In this document: positions 1-13,195 of the stretch, piece by piece
How positions within the stretch are numbered: position 1 is the stretch's first letter
Layout of the letters: each line of letters starts with the position of its first letter
Origin: Glaucostegus cemiculus
Taxonomy: Eukaryota
Assembly: GCA_976551045.1 (NCBI GenBank)
Contig: CDPCPM010000289.1
Span: 2,480,001-2,541,267, forward strand
Direction of reading: 5' to 3'
DNA length: 61,267 nt
Translations under genes and position numbers: made by a program
The notes under the pieces: generated by a model
Databases searched by the model: none
What the model was told of the DNA's origin: nothing
What the model saw: only the letters and a program-made list of their open reading frames with translations

Positions 1-330
1 ACAAAGTGCATCAGTGATGGTAGGGCAGTAGATGCAACTTACGTGGACTTTACTAAAGCCTTTGACAAGGTCCCACATGGGAGACTTCAAAAGGCTAGAG
101 CCCATGGGATCCAGGGCAAATTGTTTCCATAATTGGCTTGGTATAAGAGACAGAGGGTGATGGTAGAGGGTTGCTTTTGCAATTGGATGCCTGTGACCCG
201 TGGTGTCCCACAGGGATTGGTGCTGAGACCCTTGCTGTCTGTAATGTACATGAATGACTTGGATACAGGAGGCACGATCAGTGAGTTGGTGGATGACATG
301 GGAACTGACAGGGTTGTTGACAGTTCTAAT
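1..330 (+). mobile_element. CR1-like LINE reverse-transcriptase fragment
   Basis: Translates to DFTKAFDKVPHGRL and VTRGVPQGLVLRPLL. Confidence 0.88.
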
Positions 331-374
331 GTGGGCAAAAGGGTCGGAACTGTGCTGTACGACTCGTGCAGCTG

Positions 375-809
375 GGGACCAGGGACCAACAGCACAGTCC
401 GAGCAGCGCGGGACCAGGGACCAACAGCGCAGTCCGAGCAGCGCGGGACCAGGGACCAACAGCGCAGTCCGAGCAGCGCGGGACCAGGGACCAACAGTGC
501 AGTCCGAGCAGCGCGGGACAAGGGACCAACAGCGCAGTCCGAGCAGCGCGGGACCAGGGACCAACAGCGCAGTCCGAGCAGCGCGGGACCAGGGACCAAC
601 AGCGCAGTCCGAGCAGCGCGGGACCAGGGACCAACAGCGCAGTCCGAGCAGCGCGGGACCAGGGACCAACAGCGCAGTCCGAGCAGCGCGGGACCAGGGA
701 CCAACAGCGCAGTCCGAGCAGCGCGGGCCCAGGGGCCAACAGCGCAGTCCGAGCAGCGCGGGACCAGGGACCAACAGCGCAGTCCGAGCAGCGCGGGACC
801 AGGGACCAA
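375..809. repeat. 35-bp minisatellite, about 12.4 copies (GGGACCAGGGACCAACAGCGCAGTCCGAGCAGCGC)
   Basis: Near-identical tandem units read directly; explains ORFs within 87..910. Confidence 0.97.
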
Positions 810-902
810 TAAAGCAAACACAAACAGGCAGTTTACAAACACACTTTGACACATATCTGAGAGCCTCAATAACGTTCAACAAAGCTGCAGAACAATGCTC
901 AC

Positions 903-993
903 CAATATAGGCGTCTGCATCCCCAATGTACATCTCGATGCAATGACCAAGCATTGTAACTGAAAAGGTATCATCTCGACGGAGACCCAGGGC
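903..993 (-). CDS. CDC16: CDC16 exon 17 (ALGLRRDDTFSVTMLGHCIEMYIGDADAYI)
   Basis: ctttctcttcag| ... |gtgagc; 91 nt. Confidence 0.96.
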
Positions 994-2199
994 CTGAAGA
1001 GAAAGTCAGACACAAGCCATTCACCAAAAAGGCATTTAATGTAAACAATAGCTTCCAGATGGCTGTGCTTGCTTGATAGAGGAGGGGAAATCACAATCCC
1101 CTTGGATTTATGGACTGTACTGGAATGTATTATTTCCCTCACCGCTGGGCGGTGCAGAAATACTTATGGGAGTTTTGGAGAATTATTTCACGTGGAGGAC
1201 TGAATGACCTCTAGGTGATGAAATGGAGCAACTCGTTGGTAGCAGAGCATGCTGTGATCCTGCCCATCACAACACCCTCACGTCTGTGCAGAAGTCTCCA
1301 TCGAGCTGGTTTCAGCACTTCCTCACTAGAGTGAGGTCGTCTCTTGTAAATGAACTAATGGGAGCACAGGAAGGAATTCTCAGACCATTTTCTTATCTCT
1401 CAGCTAGCAGGGCCATAATCAAATGCTTCCAAAACTGCAATAGCTGTTTAAAAGACGTTTTGTTTAAGCTTCTATCTTAACATTAGCAAAAGATTAGGAT
1501 GTGGGGATTTGATTTTACCCCAGGGAGTAGATTATAATTTTGAACTCTCTTCCACATCAGTCAGAAACAGGTACAGCTCTTAAGCGGGAACCGGATGTTT
1601 GAGAGGATAATTTCATATGTACAGGAAAGGCACAGGGGGAGTGGAGCTATAGGGATTATTCTGCAAAGTGGTACACACACTCCATGGGCTGAATGACTTT
1701 CTACTGTGCTATGATTCTAATGTAGCATCAGTACCTTCCAGAGAATACCAAACTCAAACTAGCTTTTATAATTTTCAATGCAAATGATAACAAAAGTGAA
1801 TATTTATAGCAGCGTACAATGGCAGCATGTTCCTGTGGGAGTGTGGTGGGGAGCAAAGAATTTATTCATTGATATGCAGCAATGGGTACAGACATGGGCA
1901 CAACTGCTGTGGAATTAGAGTGTATCTTACAGACCTGCACATAACATGCAGACACGCAGTGTAGATGAACAGTGCTTCAAGTAGCAGATAGCAGAAAGTG
2001 TGGAGCACCTTTTCTGGTGCCTCAGTTGAATGCAGAGTGAATGGTTCCTAGTGGAATCCATTGGCTGGGCAGTGCCCACAGCAGCAGGGTACTTGCTGAT
2101 CTGTCAGTATGGCACAAGCTATAGTGCTTTCCATGCCCTAAATCAAGGATTTAAGTAACCTCAGACAACAACTTCACAGACAAAGCTCAGGGCTCTTAC

Positions 2200-2600
2200 T
2201 TCCAAAACACTGCAACATCCAACATGCTGATTATGCTGACAAAGTGCCTCTCATCTTCACTAATCTACACCAGCTGCCTTCACTCCAACACATTAAAACC
2301 TTCATCATCCTCAAACCTCTCCACAACATTTCTCCATCCAAACTCCCGAGCTCCTACAGCCTCTTCTCTTCTAGACCCTCAACTCCTCCGGGTGTTTATG
2401 ACCCTACCTGTCCATTATATTCATTGGTGTTAATCCTTTGCCAACTCTGAGCCTCTTCCACCTTCAGAAACCTTCTCAAAGCCTCCACCACTCTCCAGAT
2501 TTTACCAGCAATCATTGTTATCCATTCATATCTCTTCCTCCATGTTTCACTGGTGAGAGGAAAGCTCTTTACAATTGCATAGACTGAACTTTTAAGAATA
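2200..2600 (+). mobile_element. Old L2-like LINE 3' ORF remnant
   Basis: Degenerate LHxLP...FKxLH pattern (ORF 2244..2450); family assigned from recall. Confidence 0.45.
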
Positions 2601-3083
2601 GCTTTTGAAGGCAAGAAGTGGTGACTGGGCTCCCCCACTTGCTGTGTAACCAGCAGAACGTCATAAAAGTGTTATCCAAAAATTTTATTTTACAATCTGG
2701 CTTTCAGCTTGAAATATTTGTGCACTCACTGATGTGCGACATTAGTGCTGAAGAATAGAACATTTTGTGTTGCGAGCACTATCCATCTTCAAGCACTGAC
2801 CCAGGCCAGGTCAAGATATGTTCTCTGCTGCAATCACCAGAATACCACCCGCTGGACCACTGACGTCCCCCAGTTATCATCCCAAACTTTTCATTGTGAC
2901 AAATCCTTACCATCAGCAGACAAGAGAGACCTTCACCCCATGTGTGCAACAGTGCCCCACTCAGAAGGCAACATCATAGTGCCTATGTACTTCTATAATG
3001 GAGTTAAATAAATTGTAACAAATAGATTTATAAAGTTAAGTGTGTTAATGTCTGAAGTGCTCTCAAGAAATCAGAAGCCATAC

Positions 3084-3219
3084 CGTGTGAAAATAGTTGA
3101 TGGCACTCTCGAAGTTGCTCTTCAGACTCAGCACGTAACCTATGGCGGAATAAGTGGATGCATTCTGGGGAATGAGGACTAGAGCCTGGTGGTGATAATC
3201 TAACGCTTCATCATACTTC
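3084..3219 (-). CDS. CDC16: CDC16 exon 16 (KYDEALDYHHQALVLIPQNASTYSAIGY...NYFHT)
   Basis: ttttgttttag| ... |gtatgg; 136 nt. Confidence 0.96.
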
Positions 3220-4965
3220 CTAAAACAAAAGCAAAAGTTCTGTTAATTGTCAAAATCTTCAGAATTAAGAATGGCAGTGTACGGACACAGCACGGTGAAC
3301 AACGTGGAGAAGCTGGAGGGGTGAAGGAACCATTCAGTATGGCAGGAAGCCACGGCTCTTGGAGCCCTCTGGTTAGTCTCACTCCCCCGCACGTTTCCAA
3401 CGTTTATACCAAACCCCTGCTCAGGCAGCACAGTCCAAACCGCATTAAACTCTCCCCCTATCTATCCCGACTTTCTCACCATACACCAATTCCATGCTCA
3501 CTGCCACTGGAAGCAGTTGCTCCTTTTTTTATTTTAACACCGCCCTTCTATTTTTAACTCCTCTATAAACCTCCTTTGCTTTAAGGGGAGCAATCCCAAT
3601 TTTCCTGGTCCCTCCGCATTAAGTGAAATCCCAGACACTCGGGACCATTGCAGTAAGTCCTCTCTGCACCCTACCAATGCCCTGACATCCTTCCTGAAGT
3701 GTAATGCTCAGAATTGGTCTTAATCTTCCATATGTGATTGAATCACTTTGATGATTCAAGTCTGCCAAAAGAGCTGATCTTCACCAGCTGACCCAAGTGA
3801 GTTACTGAGCTTTGTGCTTTAGCTCAGATAAAACAGGGAAAAAGGGGTATAGCTGTTCCGTGCAAAGGATTGCTGATGCTATTCAGTGATTCACGAGATA
3901 TAAAGTGAGACCATCGTTATATGGTGATAGATTAGTTTCGTTGGAAATATCATTGGCCCAAATGCAACAATAGCAGAACACACAAAGTCAAGGAAATACT
4001 AAATCATCTAACTGGATCTTTCCATTTCGAGGACTTTACTGGTGCAACTGTTTAGTGTCCATTGACTATACATATAGGGTAGGGAAATTTCCAATAAGGC
4101 GATGACAATATGCTAGAAGCTATTGCTCTTATTTTGCAGGTAAATTTCAGTAAGTTGGAGTATTTTGTGATTATGCACAGAGCCCCCAACTAATTGGGCA
4201 GGATCCCCATGTTACCATGACCTCCACCACAGGAGTCCATCAGCAGAGCTCAATCTTACTGAGATTCCCAGTGCTATGCAGAGAAATCAGCCATCAGAAA
4301 CTGTGCATCCATTACCCAGTGATTTCAATTGGGAGCACGTGGCTGTGGAGAAGGTTTATATGATGCTCTGTGCCTGTGATGCTGCTGCAAGTAAGGTTTT
4401 CATTGCACTTGTGCATGTGACAATAAATTCAACTTTGTATTTGATTAAGTGTGTTTAAGTGTTTTTAGTTCATTCTTAAACACTAACTATTTCCAAGTAT
4501 TTTTAGTACCCTGCCTTACTTTGGGCCTCAAGACACAGACAGATCAGTTTGTGGAAGTGGGACAGAGAATTAAAGTGACAGGCAACAGGAGCTCTGAGTC
4601 ACCAGCAGACTGATCACAGATGCTCCACAAAGCAGTCACCCAATCTGCGCTTGGTTTCTCTGACGCAGTGACCACAGCGTGAACACCAAATGTAATAACC
4701 AAGGCTTGTCCACAGTTCAGGATGATTACATCTGTGTTCACCACGTTGCAGATCAGGAACTAACCTAAACAGAAGACAATCAACTTTACTATGACTGTCA
4801 TCATACCCAAATATGCCTCTTGGGAATGTATGGGGAGAGTGCGAGAATGTGGTATTGAGACAGAGAATCAGCCAGGATCCTACTGAAGGAAATGCACACC
4901 ACTCTATAGCAAGGGATGGAGACTCCTATGGAAAGTGAATTTGACAATTTTATTTAGATACTTAC

Positions 4966-5027
4966 TTGAGTTTCCTACAAACATGACCCAAATTATTCAT
5001 TAATGGCTCCCATTTATCAACAGTCAC
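4966..5027 (-). CDS. CDC16: CDC16 exon 15 (VTVDKWEPLMNNLGHVCRKLK)
   Basis: ttttctag| ... |gtaagt; 62 nt. Confidence 0.95.
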
Positions 5028-5289
5028 CTAGAAAATAAAACAAGTAAACTTTACATGTCACTCAGTTACAAAGGATGATGCCTTATGCAGTGCAGTAGCA
5101 GCAAAAACACAGAAATATTAAATAAAAACACAAGCCTTCAGCAATGTAATCCAGGCTGGCATTCCCTGTGTATTATTTGAAGTGAAGCAGTCTGGATTTT
5201 CCAAAGGTGTAGTTGGAGATGTTTCTCACAGCCTCAGGATATCCTAAAGTACAATAGGCATCAAGGAGAAAACACTCACTCCAATGGAT

Positions 5290-6225
5290 GGGATCGTACT
5301 GCACAAAAGATGGTGGTTGTGGATGATGGAGGTCAATCATCTGCTCCAGGGTATTGCTGCAGGAGTTCCTCAAGGCAGCATTCAACACACAATCCTCAGC
5401 TGCTTTGACAATGACCTCCTTCCAAACCAGCAGAAGTCAGCATGTCTGACAATGATGGCACAATGCTCAATTCCATTTGCAATCCTTCAGCAAATGAAGC
5501 AGCCCATACCTACACGCAGCAACACCTTGGCTGATAGACAATTCACAGGCTGATAATTGTAAGCAACATTTGATCCACAGAAGTTCAAGGCAATGACCAT
5601 CTCCAACAAGAGGGAGTCTAATCACCCGTACCTTACATTCAATGACATAATCAGAGACTCCACCAAAAGCATCCTGGGGGATAGGAGGGGGTCACCAATG
5701 ACCAGAAAGTCAACTGGTCTAGTCACTTAGAAACAGTGATCACAAGAGCAGGTGAGAGGTTGGGCACCCTGCATCAAGACTCATCTCCCAACTCCTTCAA
5801 GCTTTTCCACAATCTACAAGCCACACTTCAGGAAAATGATGGAATACTCTCCACTTGCTTGGATGAGTGCAGCTCCAACAACACTCCCGGACAAAGCACT
5901 GACTGGCACCCCATCCAACACAATAAACATTCATTCCCTCTGCCACCAGAACAGTGTTGCAGTGGCATCTGCAAAAACACAAGGGAACACCACCACCCAC
6001 AGTCCCCCCTTTAGGTTGTACGCCATCTGATTTGGAAGTATATCGTCAGTCCTCACTGTTGGTGGGTCTAATTCTTGGAGTCCTGCTCCAATGGCACTGA
6101 GGGAGTACATTCACCAGAAGGACTACAGCTGTGCAAGGTGGCTGCTCACCACCACCTCTTCAAGGGCAACTGGGGAAGGGCAATAAATGTTGGGCATTGT
6201 CTGCAACACCAGATCTCGAAAAATA
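5290..6225 (+). mobile_element. Old CR1-like LINE fragment
   Basis: IAAGVPQGS and MMEYSPLAWMSAAPTTL motifs; 3' GCTCACCACCACCT tail also seen near 27170. Confidence 0.75.
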
Positions 6226-9144
6226 AACTAAAACCTTACGGCCCTTTCAAATGTGACGTGCACCTGTGGAGGACGGTATCTCGCTCCTATGCATACTGTG
6301 TGTGTGTACATGGTTGTGACAATAAAACTGGTTCTGGTACTGGTAAACTGCAGACTCTGTGATAATGTAAGATAACACAGCAGACACAACAAGCTCCCAC
6401 AAATCACAGCGAGGCAAAGACCAGATCATCTCTTTAACAATGTTGACTGGGTGACGAACACTAGCAGAAAACTACTCTAACTTATTTCAAGACAGTTTTG
6501 TAAGATTTTTGTTTACATACACCCTAGAAATCAGATGGGGCTTTCAGTTAACATCCAATCCAAAAGATGTCCTGTGAGACAGTGGAACATTCCCCTAGAA
6601 CCATGCTGGGTTGTGCGTACAAGATTTATGCTGCTGGTACCCACATATCTCTGCTCACATCACTTGGGCACGCTTCAGTGAAGTTTCTGGATGAATGCAA
6701 GAGAATAACAGAGAAACTGCACTATTGCAGTTATCATCATTTCAAGTGAACTGTGAAACTAAGAACCTGTCTGTCCTGTTAGGGTGCATTAAACATCTCA
6801 CTGCAGTACTGCAAGCAGGTGTGTTCTTCCTGGTGCCTTACAGTTAACTTTCATCCTCAAACATCACTAGAATCAGATGACACTGCAGTTTATGGAAGCC
6901 TATTATGCAAATTGTCTCCAATACTTCTTACAATAAAACACCACATTAATACCCCACTGATTACTGAATATTTATGGTGCTACTATATTTAGTATTACTT
7001 TGCTCAACATTACGACATTTCCCGGCAACATTACAACAGGAAGTAAATTGCCAAAAGGTACTTAATTGAATGTTAAGTGTATTGGGTTAAGGTTTAAGAA
7101 GTTCTTTGCAAATATTAACTTGAATTTATATAGTACCTTTACCAAAGTAGAAGGATTAAAGCAAGAAATCTAGAGGGCAGAGGTTTCCAAAAGGTCGCCC
7201 ACCAACCAGGGAACCATTAATAGATGAAGCTTTCTGGGACAGGCTGAGTTCAGCATCAATCATTAGTAACCAGGGTGATACAAACACAGCATCATCTATG
7301 TGCTTTAACCTTCAGACACAAGCCCCCACCCCACTCAAAGTTACAGCATAAACAGCCCAGTTTATCCATGCTGGTATTCAAGTTCCACACGATCTGCCCC
7401 TCTTCCTAAACCCTTTACCCCTCCCGTTCCTTCCACCCCACCTCCTCCTCCACTAATGGAACAACACAGGATCCATCTGCACTAAAACTGAATATAATTA
7501 ATACTGTGTTAATTTATGTTCAACAGGCTGAGGACCTTAACTTTCAGAAAGTGAAATACTACCCTCATTTGAACCTTTATCTGCAGATTTATAAATACAC
7601 CACATTACTGGGAGGTTTAAAATTAAGGAGGGTTTGACAGAGTAGATGCAGAGGTGCTGTTTCCAGGGGCTACCAGGAGTCAGGCCATTATACGAGTCAC
7701 AAATAAACCCAACGTGGAAGTCAGAAGAAGCTTCTTCACCCAGAGTGAGGAGAATGTGGAACTCTCACAGAAACTCACCTCACTGCAGCCCAAAGCCTTT
7801 CCACCATGTAGAAGGCACTTCAGAAGTGCAATGGATGCATGCAGCACCAACAACACAAGAAACTCAACATCTTGGACAAAGCAGCCCATTGGTACCCCAT
7901 CCACCCCTGACAAAGCCAGCAGTGTGCACCATCTACAAAGGGCACAGCAGTTACTCCCTCATGCAATTCCAACAGTATCTCCAAAACTGAAGCCTTAAGT
8001 CAGCTAGGACAAGGGAACATCATGACCATTTCCCACCAAGTCACATACGTGGAGTACTACAGCAGCACTGTGGGAGTACCTGCACCAGAAGCACTGCAGT
8101 GGATTAAGGTGATAAGCTCACCACTAATGTCACAACACAGGATCCACAAGGGCCAGTTAGAAAGAGACAATAAATGTCAGACTTACCAGTGACACCCCAC
8201 ATCTCCTAAATGAATGGCAAGGAAATGGAGATAAATATTTAAAGAAAATCTGAAGAAACAGACGAGGGAGAAAGGAGTAGGGTGAAGATGAGTGGTGGGA
8301 GGGGGCACAAATGAAGCATAAACACTGCCGCAGACATCCTGGGCATATCACTCAACTGGTGAACATCCTTAACGATAATCTAAATGGTGAATACCATATC
8401 CCTTATCCACTCCAGCAGCACACCTTATCCAAATCTCAGAACAGCAGTTACAAGGGTATTTCCAGTATCAGGCTCCCACTGGGATTGACAGCGTTTGAGC
8501 TTAGGATCACTTGAGAACTAAATCAAGATTGTTCAAGGTAACTGAACACAAGATCACTCCTAGGCCATGAGAGAGGATAGATTCAAACTGCTTAGGATGA
8601 ATTCAAGCCCAGGTCCCAGAAGAGAAGGGAGCTTATTTTATCCCAGGGCATGAACCATTTTGCACCTTCCATTACATCACCCCTCCTTGGCATACCAACA
8701 GAAGCTGGGGCAGATGTATAGGGATCTCATTTATTCAAAGCTGTCTAGTAACCAGAGATCAAAACCAATCTGATCACTCCAACACAAGACCATATATACA
8801 GGACACTGTAGTGTGGAGATGAGACAACTGAATTTTGGTACTGCCAGTTGGTTAAACGGCTGTTCCTTCAGGATCCACATTACTGCAAAGTTGGACTTTA
8901 GTAACCAAGACTTTAGTAACCATTTGATATGGCCTTATTTACTTCTAGTTGCTTCCGCAGCTGAAAAAGTCTCACCCACCTGTTAAATCCTTTAATTGTA
9001 CATTTTTAATCACATCACCCCTCATTTTCTGGTAGAAAAAATTAAGTAGTCACTGGTGGTATGAGTTCAAAATAAGATATAGGAGCAAAATTAGGCCATT
9101 TGGCCCATTAAGTCTGCTCTGCCATTCAACAGTGGCTCACTTTA

Positions 9145-9425
9145 GGCTGGCATGTTAGTGTAACAGTTAGTGTAACACCATTACCAGCAACCCGGGTTCA
9201 ATTCAGGCCATTGTCTGTAAGGAGCTTGTACGTTCTCCCCATTACTGCGTGGGTTTCTTCTAGGTGCTCCAGTTTCCTCTCACATTCCAAAGACGTACAG
9301 GTTAGGAAATTGTGGGCGTGCTATGTTGGTGCCAGAAGCGTGGCGACACTTGCGGGCTGCCCCCAGAACACTCTATGCAAAGATACATTTCATTGTGTAT
9401 GTCGATGTACATGTGACTGATAAAG
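9145..9425 (+). mobile_element. tRNA-derived V-SINE-like element
   Basis: GGTTCAATTC B-box and GGTGCTCCAGTTTCCTCTCACA core. Confidence 0.75.
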
Positions 9426-10849
9426 AAACCTTATATTTTTTTTCAACCCTACTTTCCCACCATCTCCCTGTAACCCTAACCCTCTTGCCAATCAAGAACC
9501 CAGCAACCTCTACCTGAAATACACCCAATAACTTGGCCTGCACAGCCCTCTGTGGCAACGAATTCCACAAATTCACCATCCTTCGGCTGAAGCAGTTCCT
9601 CCTCACTTCAGGAATGTCCCTTTATTCTGAGGCTGTGCCCCTGGATCCTAGACTCTCCTACTGATGGAAACATCCTCTCCACATCCAGGCCTTTCAGTAT
9701 TCGGTAGGTTTCAATGAGATGCTCCCTCATCCTTCTGAAGATAATTATTGGTCAGAACATCAGTAAAACAATTCTTATTCGCTTAAGAGTTTACACCTAC
9801 AGTAGATTCCTGCCGCTTAACCCCTGCTCTGGGATCATTATCACACAGGGGACCACTGGTGACTTGAAAGTTTCAGCTTGGGAAAAAGAACAGAACAGGC
9901 CAACAGTGAGACAATGACAGATCACATATGAGCAGCTGGAGGGATCGGTGAGACGGAGGTGGCAATTGTAAAGGCAGGGAGTATAGCAAACTGGGAAGGA
10001 TCATGATGTCCACATCCATGGAGCAAAGAAAACATCAAGGTTTCAAAGAACAGGGCACAATTCATGGAAACAAGTGTGGGTCATGTGGAAGCAAGTTCTT
10101 ATTTTACTTCAGTCTTGTCCCAAATTTTAGTTCAAATTAATTTCAACTACTAATTTGCTTTCCACTGTTTCACTGCTTGGAAACTTCTTTCAAAACATTG
10201 TCACCATTATCACTTCACTCTCCTCACACAGTTCAGGTTTCTCTGAACAATTCCAGACACCTCCCTGGTTGATGAAGATGCAGTGTGTGTTTCTGAGCTG
10301 ATTAAGCATTCATAATCAAAAATAAGCATAATTTTAATTACAACAAAAGATTTAGTTTTACTTTAATCAGCCTAAGCAATACAGCATTTTAACGCCAGTC
10401 CAATGTGTATACGTACAGACAGCACAAACAACAGGAAAACTTCTGCAGGAAGGAAATCAAATAATAATACCGGGAACCATCCTGCAGTGACATGCAATTT
10501 TGGTAACATGGTGGTGGGGGTGATAGGATTTCATGTAGACGTCACTGTGCACATTGCACAAATTCCTGCAGATGTGATTCTACCTACAGCGCAACAAAAA
10601 CAAGAAGTTTGGCAACTACTGTTGTGAAATAAACTGCAATGTATCACCTAACACATAATAACTGGCAATGACTTGCAGAAATGCAAACGGAAAAAAAAAA
10701 TCACTTGTAAATGGGAGCGGCAGATTTGGGGAAACCCCTGCGACTTTAACGACATGTGAGTAAATTACTTTTTATGACTCTAATAGGCCAAGGGAATAAT
10801 TGGCTTTAAAAATATTATAAATAAAATTACTTCCTTAAACTTGAAGAAC

Positions 10850-11640
10850 AAATCACAAAACTTAAAAGTATAGCAAAATGCAGAAGGACAGTAGAAAAAG
10901 TTCACAGGTTGATTGAATCGATGGAAAGGTAACAGATGAAATTTAACACAAAGAAATACAAAACACTCCATTTTGGTAGGTAGGATGAGAGGCAATACAA
11001 ACTTATGGAGTCAATTGCAAAAGATGTACAAAAAAAGAAATCTGGGGGCATGTGTGTATAATTCATGGAAAGTAGCCAAAAATGTTGAGAATATGGTCAC
11101 AAAACCATCCAAGATGCTGGGCTACATAAACAGAGGCAGAGTACAAGTGCACCGAAGCCTTTAGAGAACACTAGCCCAACCACAACTGGAATATTGTATC
11201 CAGCTATGGGCACCATGCTTCAGGAACAAAAGGGAAGGGAACAAACCATTTGTTAAGATGATTCTAGTGATGAGGGACTTCTGTCATACACATCATCCAG
11301 AAACTGGCGTTATTTCCTTGGCAGAGATACAGAGAGGTTAGGATACAGGCATTTAAAATCATGAGAGGTACTGACCATAGATGGAGAGAAACTATTCCCA
11401 TTGGAAGAAGGTGATTGGCAAGAACCAAAAAACAGAGGAGAAGGTTTTTAAAAAACGCAGCAAGTGGTCAGGCTCTAGAATACAATGCAGTGGAAGGATG
11501 AAGGCAGAATCAATTGCAGCAGTCAACAGGGAACTGAGAGGAAACCATTTGCTGGGCTGTCAAGTGACATTAGCCAGGTTGTTCTTACATGGACCCAGAA
11601 TGGATTCAACAAACTTAACACCCTCCTTGCCTGTGGTGAT
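10850..11640 (+). mobile_element. Decayed CR1 LINE 3' region
   Basis: MLGYINRG and degenerate LEYCIQLWAP motifs. Confidence 0.7.
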
Positions 11641-12049
11641 AAATTCTTGGGTTGTGATTTGCCAGACTCTGGTTTACCCGTCATGAACCAGCTCATGCTA
11701 CAGCTTCTGCTTCCACCTCCTCTGCTATGGAACAGGGTTTGTGTAAAGCAGAAAGCCACTCATTGCCTCAATCCAACTCTATCTGGGTGCAGAGTGCGAT
11801 CTACTTTCTCCCTTCGCCCTACACTGCAACTTAAAACATGCCTGTTCTCCAACTTTTCCCAAAGTCTTTGACCTGAAACATTAACTCTCTCCCCCCATGG
11901 ATGCTGCAGACCTGCTGTGGACTTCCACCATTCTCTGTAATTAGTAACCCCATCGTTAAATACCCAATTACCCACAGTCAATCAACACAGTAACTGGCCC
12001 TTCAGCCCATCATGCCTATGCCAACCATCAAGCACCCATCTACACCCAA

Positions 12050-13000
12050 CTCATTTTCCAGCACTTGGCCTGGAGCCCTCCATAGCTGGTCAACGCTTCA
12101 TCACCTTCTTGGGTAGTACATTTCAGATTCCTCAGATCCGCTCTAAATCTCCCACCTTTTATCTTAAACCTATTCCTTCAGGCTTTAGATCCCAACCACC
12201 ACCCCCTGCTACATGTAAAGTTTCCCGCTACCTACCCTGTACACCGCATAATTTTGTATACGTCAACACGTCACCCCTCTGCCTCTTCTGCTCCACGGAA
12301 AGCAAACCCAGCCCATCCAGTTGCTCGTTGTAACTGGAACAGTCCATCCCAGGCAACAAATTGGTGAATGTCCTCTGCATTCTCTCTACTACGACTATAT
12401 CTTTCCCACAGTGTGGTAGCCAGAAATGGACACAGTAATTCAGTTATTGCCGAACCAATGTTTTATAAAGTTAACCATGACCTCTCTGCTCTTCTATTCT
12501 ATGTCCTGGCTAATGAAGACAAGCATTCCACGCCTTTTTCACTACCTTATCTACCAAACTACCACTCTCAGGGATGCTTGGTCTTGTTCCTCAATAGCCC
12601 CTAGGACTAACTATTCATTGTCAATGTCCTAGACTTAACAGTTTTCTTGAAGTACATGAACTCATGTTTACCAGCATTAAATTCCATCTGCCACTGCTCT
12701 GCCCATCTTACCAACCCATCAACATCATCCTTTAGCCTCAGACTACTCTCCTCAATATCAACACCATGAATTTCATTCCATCTGCACACTTACTCATCAT
12801 TCTTCCTACATTCACATCCAAACGGTTAATTTTAACAGTAAGGATCCCAGCACTGATCTGTGGTACACCACTGATCACAGGCTTCCAACCCATGACAATC
12901 CTTCAATCACCAAGCTGATGTTGGACCCAATTACCCAACATCCCATGGGTCAAACCTTTTGGACCAGTTTCTCATGTGGGATCACACCGAAGGCCTTACG
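12050..13000 (-). mobile_element. CR1 LINE fragment
   Basis: ORF 12607..12789 contains LVRWAEQWQMEFNAGK. Confidence 0.8.
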
Positions 13001-13017
13001 CTCACTTCATGGGACAA

Positions 13018-13195
13018 TTTTTTAAAAAATTTATTTACAGAGTAGTAACAGGCCCTTTCGGCCCAACGAGTCCGTGCTGCCCATTTTAAACCCCCAAATT
13101 AACCTACCCGTACGCCTTTTAGAATGTGGGAGGAAACCGGAGCACCCGGAGGAAACCCACGCAGACATGGGAGAACGTACAAACTCCTTACAGTC
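13018..13195 (-). mobile_element. V-SINE-like element (young copy)
   Basis: TGTGGGAGGAAACCGGAGCACCCGGAGGAAACCCAC core; close match to the copy at 19205-19486. Confidence 0.85.

Noticed and set aside
375-809. CRISPR-like appearance of the 35-bp, 48-bp and 55-bp arrays
   Set aside because: No unique spacers, no cas genes, vertebrate intronic or intergenic context
87-910. Five overlapping ORFs of 148-260 aa
   Set aside because: Products of the stop-free 35-bp array plus a CR1 fragment; open on both strands
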